From Bipalium vagum (lineage: Eukaryota), in NCBI GenBank assembly GCA_037834085.1, contig JBBMKC010213918.1:1-34983 (forward strand): DNA of 34,983 bases, read 5' to 3'. A program made the translations under genes and the position numbers. Below the pieces are notes generated by a model. That model was not told where the DNA came from. It did not search any database and saw only the letters and a list, made by a program, of their open reading frames with translations. Of this stretch, positions 13,259 to 25,614 are shown piece after piece; positions within the stretch are counted from its first letter, which is position 1, and each line of letters begins with the position of its first letter.

Positions 13259-13416
13259 ATCATTTCCCCACATTCGAAATCCCTTTTCGAGTCTTAAAGA
13301 ATTCATCGCATATGTTCCAAAATTGGAAAGGTTTAAAGCCTTTCCGTGGTCTTGAAGCTTGGTGAATAATTCACGTAGCCGTTGAATGTCACAATATATT
13401 TCCCAACCCAGTTCTC
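13259..13416 (-). CDS. DMGDH: Dimethylglycine dehydrogenase, internal exon (158 bp)
   Basis: atccag|GA ... GAT|gttagt, phase 1-0. Encodes (G)ELGWEIYCD...NFGTYAMNSLRLEKGFRMWGND, a GCV_T folate-binding domain motif. Confidence 0.95.
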
Positions 13417-13615
13417 CTGGATGTAAATTAGTATAAATAAAAAAAATCACACAATGAATAATATTTAATAATTATAAAATAATAAAAAACATTCAAAAAG
13501 GTTTTATTCTTCTTAAATTGATTATCTAAATTTTCTAATAATAAATAACATCGGAATTAAGCTAACGGTCAATCCTTTAAGTTAGAATCAGTTGTTAAGT
13601 TAGTTTAAACAATTA

Positions 13616-14729
13616 TTAGGTTGTAAAGAAATAAATTGCAATTTTTAACATTGCACTTCAAATGAACAAATCACAGATTAAACAAAATTTTATTTTTTCA
13701 AATAAAAACCATTACACTGTACACATTTCTTTCAGGGAGTCACAAACTTATTTATCCGGATTCGATAAAAATCTGGAGTTCCAGATGTTACAAAATTTTC
13801 AAAGGCCCTAAAGCATCATCAGTGGGGTATGTTCTCTCAATGAAGAATTTGTTTGAAGAAATAATAATCAGTGTGCGATAGGTGTGGTGAGTAAGCTGGG
13901 TGAGGCAGAATTTCAATATGGAGATTGTTCAACTTTTGTAGTCTGACAGTCTCCTGAAGCAGCCACGGGTCTTTTAAATTGATCAAGGCTGGGTAGATGC
14001 ACTTCGGATTTTAATAGATTTTTTTGATTTCGACACAATACTTTTCGGCGGTAATTGTTTGACGACATTTCAAGAATTTATAATGGATCAAATCAGTGGA
14101 GCAGTCACTAAAACTTTCCGTTGGTGCAATTTATATTTAGGTGGTTCATATCGATCTAATAATTGCTGAGAATGTGGGCAGTTGTCGTACAGAATTCATT
14201 TATCATCACATGTTATAATGTGGCAGAGAAAAGTTTCCTTTTTGTTGCACAAAATAAATGCTGACGACACCTTGTTTTCCTATCAAATCATGTGGAACCC
14301 GTTTGTCGAGTTTCTTTGAATTTCCTATTTCTCGCAGATGATTGGAAACTGTCACATCGCAGACACCTAGCGTATATCTAAGTCCCCTAACATTTGTAAG
14401 CGGATTAGTCTCAGGGTTGAGTGCCACGTTCAACTGTGGTACGTTCTCCAAATATGCGGATCAGATTTCGAGCGGTTTGTGCAGTATTATCACTCATTTT
14501 GTATTCATAACGGAACACTGTTTTAATTTTGATGTTGTTCATCTTGTTTAAAATTGCCTATAAAATTTTAGATAGTTTTTCTTTATTAAAAATTTTTGTT
14601 GACTTACCTTTTTAAAAGATTTCACTTTAAGATATAAACAAATTTATATTAATAAAACAAATTTTCATTTAAAAATGCATAATTCAAAAATGAAGTCATA
14701 AAAACCGCCTTTATTTCTTTACAACGTAA
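13616..14729 (-). mobile_element. Cecropia-subfamily-like mariner with both TIRs, decayed
   Basis: TIRs TTA(G/C)GTTGTAAAGAAATAAA, with TA flanks at 13614-13615 and 14730-14731. Motifs TVSNHLREIGNSKKLDKRVPHDL, DK*ILYDN and HPAYSPHLSHTDYYFF. Confidence 0.88.
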
Positions 14730-16202
14730 TAATTACAATTTAAAAATATCGTAAGATTTTCACTTATTTTCTTTTTGCTAAAGTTGCCGATAATCGATTT
14801 TTTAAAATATTTTTTATCATAGTTTAGATAATCAATTAAAAAAAATTATTATTATTAAAAGTATTTTGTATTATATATTATTATATTAAAAAGCAAAAAA
14901 TATTTAATCAAAAATGATAGAATTAAATTTTGTTAAAAATAAAGGGAAACCACAACATTGTTCTGGTGATTTGATTGCCCCTATTCATGGGATTTGTATT
15001 TCAATTAGCGGGAAAAACAAATTGAAAATTTTGATGGTTCTGGGAATAATGAAAGTGATGCTATACGGTCCCATATAATAATTACAATATTTTATTAAAT
15101 TTCATGAGCAATAAAGAATTCAATGCTTAATTCCATTTCACTATTTTCCATGATACAGTGTAAGTTAATTAAATAAAGAGAGATAAAATATTTAAAAGGA
15201 AACGTTATAAATAGAAATTATTATTATGATTATGGTAATGGATATTTTCACAATAATATTCATGATAATAATAACAACAAAAAGTGCTATAATGATAATA
15301 TTATGGTGAATCAAAAGTTCGTGCGTTTTACTGCATTTTCTGTGTAAACTTTATTTATAAGCTGAATTAAAGTTCCTTCATCTGATAGACTCGATTGTCT
15401 GATGCTATTTTCCACTTTGCAAACATACTTTCGCGCGGATTAAGAAACGGTGAACATGGTAGAACTAAGAATAACACTTCTACTTCCAATAATTTCTTTT
15501 AATTACACATTTAAACGAATTGAAGATTGACTTACATAAATTCAAAATGAGAGTAAAAACCCTGTAATAATAATAATAATGATAAATTCTAAACAAAAAT
15601 AACTAGTCATAAATATTCATTTCGGTCTTTATTTTCTTATAGAACTGGACCCAATCGAAATGCAAATCGATGTTGTCATAGGTTTCCATAAAAGGAACAT
15701 AGACTTGTAGTGAACTGGGAACCATTTAATAATAGATTAAATTAAAATATTACGGAACCATTAGCTGACTTTATATTATTTTTCAACAATAAGAATAAAC
15801 AATCGGTAGACTTACTTCTCTGCTGATTAAATACTTTAAAATTTAAACAAGGTCAATATTAATATGACTAAATACATTTTTTATCGGACAGAGGTAATGT
15901 AATGTTTATTTATTGTTTTTTTAGTGAAAATGGATTGTATTTATATATCGATCCAATAAATCATTAAACTTTTATTTTGTTTATTCTTCTCAAAGAAAAT
16001 AATATAAAATAATTATAATAAATATATAAAAACTAAGAAAACTTAATCCTTTATCTTAAAGACCATATAATATTAAGTCTAATAATATATGATTTCAGTG
16101 AAACCACTTATAATTATTTTAAATAAATAAATTAAATTAATAAATAATAAATTAAAATATTAAATAATTGTTTAAAAATTCCGATTTGTGATAATATAAA
16201 TA

Positions 16203-16915
16203 CAGGGAGTAAATAAAGCAAGTGTCCGATTTTTGAGCTCAGCAAAAATATTTATCTTAATTAAATATACTCATTTTATTTTTTTTCTAAGAAATATAAT
16301 TTCCGAAATTTATTGAGAGTGTTTAATTGTTTTACTAAATCGATGTTATGGATAAATAAATGCAGTAAATTCAAATTTTAATAATGTTTTCCATTGAAGA
16401 AAGAGTTGGAAATGTTTTACTGATAGCTAAGATGAAATCAGTTACATTAGCCATACGAGACTTTGGAAATGGAAATAGATACCCACAGCGAGCACATTGA
16501 GTGTCCGTGATAGTTGGTAGTCCGGGAGACTATTAATTGAAAAATATGCGACATAAGTTAAGTTATGAAGAAGCACCCTAGACCTCACTAAGAACTGCTG
16601 TTTCGGAAGGTAGTAGATCTTTATCCATGAAAGATTCAAATTATCTATAAGTTACGTGACTAAGGCTATGCTGTAAAAAGTACAATGTGTAAAAGTCTAA
16701 ATAATGAAATCGACAACTAAGTAAGAATCTACTAAGTTAGTAGTAAGAATCGAAACTATCTTTTCTTCAAAACCTGATTTTCACTAATGAAGCACCATTT
16801 CCTTAAATGGATATGTCAAACAGATACAACTGCCGATTTGGGGCGCTAAACCTGCTAAGGGAATTATACCGAAGTACTATTCCAGACCAAAATTAATGCT
16901 TGGATGGGTCTTTCT
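16203..16915 (+). mobile_element. DD41D (rosa/Visitor)-like Tc1/mariner remnant, 5' portion
   Basis: Terminus TA-CAGGGAGTAAATAAAG. Fragments MFSIEERV, YP*KIQIIYKL and FLQNLIFTNEA/LNGYV/RYNCR, like IxFSDEAxFxLNGxVNRxNCRxW. Confidence 0.6.
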
Positions 16916-17578
16916 TTGATGTTAATATTATAAGCTGATTAATTCGGTATTTTAACAGAAAATAACTGTTTCGAAAGAATGCACAATATTCATAAGAATA
17001 TTTAAATTTAATTCTATTTAACCAATCACATCGAAACCAGGTATTTATAAATATAAAAGACATGGATGCCATTGACATTGAAAAGTTTTAGATTTTTGAC
17101 TTCTCTCTTAATATGAATTTTCCAAATATTGTGAGAAATGATGACCACCGTAATTGCAAAGTATATCATAATTCTGTGGATTTTAAAATCATAATACCAA
17201 CAATATTTGGTGGTTAGATGTGAAGTGCGATCCTCCGCCTCTGATTATAAAGGTTTTCAGGAAATAATCCTAAGCTCAATCTGATATTTTACCTAATTTG
17301 CTTCGTGACTGAAACCTCTGACTCAAAAAGAACAAAGAAATTAAAAAAAACACAAAATATAGATAATAGATTAATAAATAGATAATAAATAGATAAAGCA
17401 GTTGATTTAAACAAAATTTGAATCAAGTCAGTCACCTGAAGATATTGATCATATAATAAAAAAATAACATATAATATTTAAGGATATAACTTCATTTTAT
17501 GTTAAAACGTTTTAGTATTTAGAGACTCTTTCTCATTCGAAATTGTCTTCTTGATCTCTGAAAATAAGACCAACTGAC

Positions 17579-18151
17579 CTGTGTAACTGATTCGAATGAT
17601 TTTAACAGGAATTCCAAAAATGTTGGTTTTCTGGTATTGAAGAAATTTAAAGGTCTCTGCACTAAGATCAGCTTCAGTAATTGGCTGTAAAAAGTCTCTA
17701 GATCGGGGACCAGCTAGTCCCACAACTCCTATCTTATCAGACACGTTTTCAAAAGTAACGGAATTCATATATCCATGAAGTCGAGACTGATTTTCAAGCC
17801 ACCATAAATCGTGAAATTCAGAGCTTGCACCGGTTATCACAAAAAACACGTCCTTCTCAATCTGGGTTAATGTCAGCTCTGCATAAACTCGACCTATGGG
17901 TGTCAACATGTGAGTGATGCACGTCGTTCCAATTTTCGGAAGGATATTTGCTGTGACCATATCCAAAAAGTCTTTAGACTTGGGACCCGAAACGATAAAT
18001 TTAGCAAATGATGTCAAATCTATTAGACCAACGTTTTCAATGACACCTTTACATTCCCGTTCTATAGCACTGAACCAGTTTGTTCTTCGGAAGCTGAACT
18101 TGTATCCTTCTTCAGTTTTAGATTTTGCAAACCAGTTTGGAAGTTCCCAAC
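17579..18151 (-). CDS. DMGDH: Dimethylglycine dehydrogenase, internal exon (573 bp); the most 5' DMGDH exon found
   Basis: tttgaag|GT TGG ... ACA G|gtcagt, phase 1-1. Encodes (G)WELPNWFAK...YKFSFRRTNWFSAIERECK...GLIDLTSFAKF...HMLTPIGRVYAELT...EFHDLWWLE...AGPRSR...IRISYT(G). SFRRTNWF and GRVYAELT favour DMGDH over sarcosine dehydrogenase. Confidence 0.95.
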
Positions 18152-18287
18152 CTTCAAAGAAAATTATTAAATATATTTCAAAGTGTTTTTAGTAATAAAA
18201 TATAAAAATAAAGCAGCTGATCAAAGAAAAACTCATCACAAATAATACGAAAAAAAAATCTTCGAAACCAAAAGCTTGGGTTATATA

Positions 18288-19562
18288 TTAGGAGTACCCA
18301 TGAGTAATCAATTAATTAAGTGGCAAAACAAAAAAAGAATTTAAATACATTTATTTCTATTTTTAATCGATTATATAATTCCCATCGTTGTCTAGAACCT
18401 TTTGCCATCTTGTTGGTAGAGTTTCAATTCCTCGGCCATAAAATTCTGTATTCTTTGAAGAGAAATATGATTCTACGTGAGTTCGAACATCATCGGCAAT
18501 TTTGAAATTTTGATTCTTCAGGGAATGTTCCATAAACGGGAATAAATGAAAATCCGATGGCGCTATGTCTGGAAAATATGTGGGATGTGGTAAAACGTCC
18601 CAGTCTAGCTGCCTTATTTTTTCTTGGGTTAATTTAGCTGCATGAGGTCTTGCATTATCATGTTGCAATATTGCCTCTTTTCTGTTAACCAAACCTGGTC
18701 GCTTTACGAACAATTGGTTTTCATAATCTATCCAATTGTTGACAATACAATTCAGCGGTAACTGTTTCTCCTGATTTCAATAGTTCAAAATGAATTATAC
18801 CGCAAAAGTCCCACCAAACGCACAATAATACCTTCTTTAGAGCGAGGGATGGTTTCGGAATGCGTATGGCTAGTTGATTTTGAGAAAGCCATTGCTTGGT
18901 ACGCTTGTTGTTGTTGTACAAGACCCATTTCTCGTCACCAGTAACAATCCTTAAAAACGGATCATTTCTTTGTCTGCACAAAAGAAATTTGTAAATTGTA
19001 CACCGTTAATTTTTATTCATCTCCGACAATAGATGTGGGACCCATATACCCTGCCTGTAAACCTTTTTGGTTTCTTTAAGATGCCTTTGAACTGTTGACC
19101 AAGAAGCTTGAAGAGTTTTTGCTATTTCCTGGATACTCATTTTGGGATTCGTTTTCACCAGTGCTTTTAAAGCGTCTTTATCAAACCCTACCGGGCGTCC
19201 AGTTCGAGCGCTATCAGACAAGCCAAAATCACCATTTGAAAATTTTCGAATGCAATGTTGGCACTTATTGACTTTTAATACGTCTCTATACACATCATAA
19301 AACGTCTTTGATGCCACGGTTGCATTAACACTCGATCGAAAATGAAACAGTATGCAATGACGTAAATGTTTCTCACTTGGTTGATTATCGGTCATTTTAA
19401 TATCAGAATAATAAAAACGTTTTAATTTAATTATAATCAATATTCAAGGCCAATTATTGTAACTTAACGTAATAAAACACGTGTTTATATATTCAGGGTC
19501 TGATCTAGAATGAAGCAAACACTGAATACTAAAAATAATTGATTACTTATGGGTACTCCTAA
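18288..19562 (-). mobile_element. Full-length mariner (D,D34D), 1275 bp; the best-preserved element in the window
   Basis: 27-bp TIRs TTAGGAGTACCCAT(G/A)AGTAATCAATTA with one mismatch. TA on the left (18286-18287), an A-run on the right. Encloses three transposase ORF pieces. Confidence 0.95.
18363..19396 (-). pseudogene. Mariner transposase pseudogene (breaks near 19000 and 18720)
   Basis: MTDNQPSEKHLRHCILFHF...GRP...WVPHLL, then RIVTGDEKW, then HDNARPH...YFPDIAPSDFHLF. There are 34 residues between the second and third catalytic Asp. Confidence 0.93.
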
Positions 19563-20251
19563 AAAAAACAAAAATAACTCTTAAGTGTATTTTTTTAAAA
19601 CTGTATTTCAAGTTTATCCTTGTAAAGTCTCAAGAAAACAACCGATGCATAATATAAAGTAAATAATCTTAAGTAAAAATCTTGGCCAAAGATGAGCTTA
19701 CAATGGGTGCCTCTTAAAATGAGGGAAAATTTTTTCCAGGCCTCCCTTATATCTATTTTATCTATCTACTATATATATCACTTTAATTTAAATTCATATT
19801 ACAGATAAATTCAAATTTGCGTCGTTGTCATTGTCTCTTAAATTATTCAAAGAAACCTGATAAAATAAAATAAAGTTTTCTTTCACTTGAGGTTTTTCTA
19901 TTACAATATTATAAACATATTGATCGAAATCTTATTATAATTTCGCTTTAAAATTTGTGTGTAGAAAATCGACAATACTTTTCCGTCAGCCCAATATTAA
20001 AATGAGTAAAGAGTATCATGGCGAAACGTAAAATGGAAAATAATTATAGCAGAAGGAGTTAAAACCACTAATGATAAAAAAAGTCAATGTTATATTCAGA
20101 CTATTTTTATAAATAAACATTCCGTAAAGATTTCTTAGAAAGCAAACAGTAAATTAAAACAATGTTCTTCTTATTCCTTTTATTTTTTTATTTATATTTT
20201 AAATATTCGTGTTTATATATAAAACTCTTTCGTGTTTTACCCTCTTTCCAG

Positions 20252-20394
20252 NNNNNNNNNNNNNNNNNNNNNNNNNNNNNNNNNNNNNNNNNNNNNNNNN
20301 NNNNNNNNNNNNNNNNNNNNNNNNNNNNNNNNNNNNNNNNNNNNNNNNNNNNNNNNNNNNNNNNNNNNNNNNNNNNNNNNNNNNNNNNNNNNNN
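20252..20394. other. Assembly gap (143 N)
   Basis: Run of N between the DMGDH-bearing and BRSK-bearing segments. Confidence 0.99.
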
Positions 20395-23119
20395 AATAAC
20401 ATTACTAATAAAAATAATTTCGAAAGTCTATTTTCTATTTAAATTAACTGTCATAATATTAAAACACTAAATTTGGATAAATATCTCCTTTAATGTAACT
20501 ATTTAACTAGTTCTTTAAAAGAAATAATCAATTTTTTTAGAGTTATACTTGTTTCCTTTTAAGTAAAAATTAAGATTACTTAGAGAAGCAATTATTTTTC
20601 TCTGAACCAAAATGAAAAAATCATAGTAATTAAAATTTATAGAATTATCTATGACAACACAGCCTTGGAGGGGTGAGTGAGCAAAAAGTACAAACATAAT
20701 AGATAATAATTAAACTCCAAAACTTCAAGGACAGTTAAAGGACAAGCAAATATTTAAATGATAGATTTTATTAATCAGATTTCAATAATAATAATTTAAA
20801 AATAAAAGAGAATTTAAATGTTTTTTTAATAAATTCATGTTATAAATATTAGTAAATAGTAAAATACATTCTGTTAGAACAGTAACTAGAATATCTTATT
20901 TTTTATATTTATGCTGATAATTTGGTGTTTTTTTAGTAAATTACAAAATCAAATTTAAGAAATATATATCAAGTGTTTTTTCAGTTGTTTTAATCATTTT
21001 TTTTCTTTTTATTCTGCGAGTATTCTGTTGAAAAATCTTCATTTGGGTATTCGAGATCTTTCTCATCAAATAAATTTTTTTTCGGCGCATTACATTTTTT
21101 TCATGTCCTGAACATTAGAAAGCTTGCTTCTTGACTTGTGTATCACTTCAGGATGGGACCTATTTTCAAGTTGATAAAATAAATTTAGATACTTAATTAA
21201 ATTATTTTGTTTATTTAAAAATCCGAATACTTTCTGATAGAATGTGCTCATTTAAATGAAATTATAAGAATCATAATCTATCAAAACTATTTACTAATGT
21301 GAAACTCAAATTATCTTCTAAGAGATATTTTAAAAAAGCAAATAATAAATAAAATTATATTTTTTAAAAGAACCTTGTTTAATTTCCCATTAAAAACTGA
21401 GAAATTAAAAACAATTTTTAATGTGATTAATAATTGTCATTATTACAGAAAAAAATCATTTATTAATTCTAAATATTGGAGATAATTTGTATGTGAATAT
21501 AATCTGATATCTTTTAATCATAAAATGGAAAAATATACACATTTGGTCCTAACCGACACAACAAATGCAAAGACGATTTTCTATATTCACGATAATTTCT
21601 TTCCAAGTAAAATAAATTAGTCAATCCTACAATCTTTCCTGTACTATCTGTACTGCGATGATAAAGTTTAAAAATTAATTACTTTCTCGATAAAATCATA
21701 AGATCAATCAAACAAATAATAGAGTTAAGCTGTGATTTTTTTTTAGTTGTAAAGAAAAGAACTTTTACACATTATGTTTATTTAAGCAAAACTTACAAAT
21801 CTATTATTAGTAAAATATCAATATCAAATTTTTAAGAATTTTTATTTAAAATATTTATTTTGATAAAAGAAAATTATACTATCAAATTCACGTAAGCTTT
21901 TGATACAATCCCATATACTAATAACAATACGTAATAATAATTTCTGAATCTGAATTCATGATTTTGAGAAAATGAATATTCTAATATTGTTTAGTTTTTA
22001 TAAAGTTTTTTGTTTTTCACATACTAAACCAAGAACGTTTCATTTTAAAGTAAGAATTACTCAATAATAAGTAAAAATACATTTCTGAAACACTGATTGA
22101 TTATATCATGTACATTTAATTAAATTAAAATATATTGAAGAGACAAACACAATTATATTTTTTATCAATAAAAAGAACTTGAAACTTTAATGTTTTTTTA
22201 ATGATGAAACTATCGAATCTAGTTATGTATACTTCACAAGATTTCATGGTAAGCATATTAGGACGTGCAAGAACTCTCATCAGCAAAAAAGCTGAATGTC
22301 AATATAAGCTTCCCATGTGTAACCACCAATCAAAAAAACGCCACCTCCTCCACTACATTTATGGTGATCGATTCAGACCATCGTTTAATAGACTTTAAAC
22401 GATTCTCGTGACTAAATTAATGCCACTCACTATTTCAGGTGAAACATGATTGTGTTTTTGGAAAAATTATTGTGCTGCCCTGAAAATTTTAGGTGAACTT
22501 TAATTTTTTGTTGATATACCTATATCGTTCTGCTATTAATACAGAACATATGTGTAAATTGAAATAAATAAGAAAATTTTAAGAATCAATAATTATTTAT
22601 TTTTTCAAGATTTCAAATTTTAAGAGATGTACTTAATTTTTTCTTTACACATTAATTTTATTATTATTGATTTATTAATTAAGTTTTCTAATATCAAATT
22701 TTAATAAAATGATTAATATGATTTGTAATTCTGCATGTTATATATTATGTTCTGTCAAATTATTTTTGCCAATTATAACTTTATATAAATTTTTATACAT
22801 ATATCATAAATGGACTTTATTGTTTTATCGTAATATATTTCTAGTTTCATTTTAATGAATGTCTATTAAAATATGAACCTACAAAATAAACCTTTATGAC
22901 CATAATATCCTTTTTTCATCAATTTCAAGTTTTCATTTTCAAAATATATCTCATTAGAAAAATGACAACTTAAATTTTATTTCGATTTAAACCATTTATT
23001 AAACATTATTAAAGTAAAAAATTTTAATTTAATTTGTGAATTTTTACTATCGATTATAATTAAAAATTAAATTTCATCAAGTTTTTCAAAATTCTTATTC
23101 TCAAAGAAAAAAAACATAC

Positions 23120-23266
23120 ATTGATTCTCTTTTTAGGATTTACTTCAATCATTGCTCGCATGAGATTCTGGCAATCAGCTGGAACAAAAGGCGGAATGTG
23201 AAACACACCTTTCTTAACTTTTTCTAACAAATTTCTTAAATTGTCATCATCAAATGGAAGGGCGCC
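23120..23266 (-). CDS. BRSK: BRSK/SAD-1 kinase exon (147 bp), subdomains X-XI; the most 3' BRSK exon found
   Basis: ttatag|GGC ... AAT|gtatgt, phase 0-0. Encodes [60 protein letters not shown] is characteristic of BRSK1/2/SAD-1. Confidence 0.95.
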
Positions 23267-23284
23267 CTATAATAAATTATATTA

Positions 23285-23386
<102 letters not shown>

Positions 23387-23475
23387 CTACATTAAAAAAT
23401 TATTAAAATTACAGAATCTTAGTTATTAGAATTACAAAAAATTAATACTAAAATTATTTATATATATGATATATA

Positions 23476-25601
23476 GGACCATGAGTCAAGAAATAACAGG
23501 AATGCAACAGTCATTTCTTTTCAATCAAAATTTATAATTTTCTGAAATTATATGTTGTTAGGTGTACAACTATGACTCAGGCTTTTTTAATAAGAAAACA
23601 AATACATTTATTACAAATTTTATTTTAAAACATTATTGAAAATATGTTCCATTGGAAGCTACAACCTTTACCCACCTTTCAGGTAACGAATAAATTCCAT
23701 GAAAGAAAAACTCTGGCTTTTTTGATGAAATCCAGCTGTCAATCCAATTTTAAAGGTCTTCAAGGAACTGAATCGCTCTCCGGAAAGTGCTGATTGCAAA
23801 GAGCGGAACAAATGGTAATCCAAAGGAGCGATGTCTGGTGAATAGGGCGGGTGAGGTAAGACACTTTGTGCCTTTTAAATAATTATTTACAGCTGAATTA
23901 ACGTGTAGTCTTGCGTTATCATGTTGTAAAATTACCTTTTAGGGTCTAGTCACCAAATCCGGTCGTTTTTCATTCAAAGCTTGCTTCAAATGAATTAATT
24001 GTGATCCATAAAGTTCACCATTTAGTGTTTGAGAAGATTTTAAAAATTCGTAATAGATCACTCCTTTCTGATCCCACCAGATACAGATAACTTTCAAACT
24101 GTGGACATTTTGATTCGATTTTGATGGACCGGGTTCACCTGACATCACCCAAGCTGCTTTGCATTTTGGATTGTCATAACGAATCCATTTTTCGTCTCCT
24201 ATGATAATTCGATGCAAAAAATTTTCAATTTTGGTCTTTGAAGAAGGACATCAAAAACTGTTTTTCCCGTTCAATGCATCTTTCTGTCAATTCATATGGG
24301 ATCCAAATTCCTAATTTTCGAATAATTCCTTAAGCTGCCAGACCTTTTAAAATGCATTGTTGAGTCAGATTTAATGCGACAGCCAGATCAGATTATGTTT
24401 GGCATGGGTCTTCATCCAACAGCCTTCTCAAATCTCTATCTTCACATTGTTTTTGTGGCCTCCTATGCTCCTTGTCGTTCGTATCATATTGGCCATTTCT
24501 AAAACGGCAAAACCAATCTTTACATGTGGTCATCGAAGGAACATGTTCTCCATAGGTATCTCGAAGCAAGCGGTACATTTCCACTGTAGTTTTCTTGGCA
24601 ATAAGAATTACTTCCCGCAAATGTCGTTTATTTGGGATGAATATTGACATTTTGAATCGCTATAATATTTAAACAATGAATATTAAAACAACAGTCTCGT
24701 GATATTATTAATTATATGATATTTTTCTTTATAAATCAATTTAATATAAGTTAGATATGTATGCAAACAAAAATTTTATTATCATTTTTAAAAAAAGCCG
24801 GGGTCATAGTTGTACACCTAATAAGATTTTGTTTATCAAATTCAGTGTTTAATCTCACAATAGTTGTGTACAATAGCTTTCTTCAAAACCTACTTGTTAG
24901 ATTTTGGAAAAATTGTGTATTGAAATGAAGCGTCCCTCATTTTTGAAAATAATTTGAATGGATGCAGAAAATTTTTTGTAGAATCATAACTGGAGATGAG
25001 ACATAGATCTATCAATGTGATCCTGAATCAAAGTTACAATCAAAGCAGTGGTTTCCAAAGGGAAATTTAAATCACAGAGGTCAGTCAAACAGGTTTTTTA
25101 AGATGCTGAAGGAGTTGTGCTTGTTGACTTTTTAAAAGAAAAAAAGACATTCACATCAACTTATTATTTATATATATTGTAACAGTGCTGCAAAAATTAA
25201 AGGCTGCAATCCAGAAAAAACGCCACGGAAAACTCAATCTTTGCATAATCACAATATACCAGCCTATGTATCACGCCAATCCAGGGAAATCTTTATTAAG
25301 TTTTGGTGGGTAATTTTATTTCTTTTATTCAATAGTCCATATTTGGCTCCATGTGATTATTTTGTATTCAAATATCTCAATAAGGACATCAAAGGAATAA
25401 GATTGTAAAATATAAATGATCCCACCAAATGACTTCTGGATTGGTTTAACTCAATGTACTCGAATTTTTACAGGATCGAGATAGAAAAGGGATAACACCG
25501 GATGCAAAATTGTGTTGATGTAGAGAGTTCATATATATAAAAATAAAATATTATTTATTGTTGTTATGTAACTTGTCCTGTTATATTTTGACTCATCTTT
25601 G
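23476..25601 (+). mobile_element. Irritans/Hsmar2-like mariner, decayed and interrupted by a younger mariner
   Basis: TIR core ATGAGTCAA.A.ATAACAGGA at both ends, with TA flanks at 23474-23475 and 25602-25603. Plus-strand motifs RIITGDET*IYQCDPESKLQSKQWFPKG, DAEGVVLVDFL and NSPYLAPCDYFVF lie within about 24980-25540. Confidence 0.8.
23558..24821 (-). mobile_element. Full-length mauritiana (Mos1-like) mariner, 1264 bp, with a disrupted transposase
   Basis: TIRs TTAGGTGTACAACTATGAC(T/C)C(A/C)GGCTTTTTT, flanked by TA on the right and TG on the left. Mos1-like N-terminus MSIFIPNKRHLREV...TYGEHVPSMTTCKDWF, plus WIPYEL, IIGDEKWIRYDNP, HDNA and HPPYSPDIAPLDY. Confidence 0.93.
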
Positions 25602-25614
25602 TATATATTCTTTT

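Noticed and set aside
17914-18192. Plus-strand 92-aa ORF (likewise 8966-9211, 9324-9590, 14342-14551, 18320-18505, 24399-24647)
   Set aside because: These are antisense shadows of the DMGDH exon or of transposase sequence.
20162-20470. ORFs spanning the N run
   Set aside because: These are artefacts of translating N.
18151-23120. In-frame BRSK-DMGDH fusion protein
   Set aside because: The donor is phase 0 and the acceptor is phase 1, so direct splicing frameshifts. An assembly gap also lies between them.
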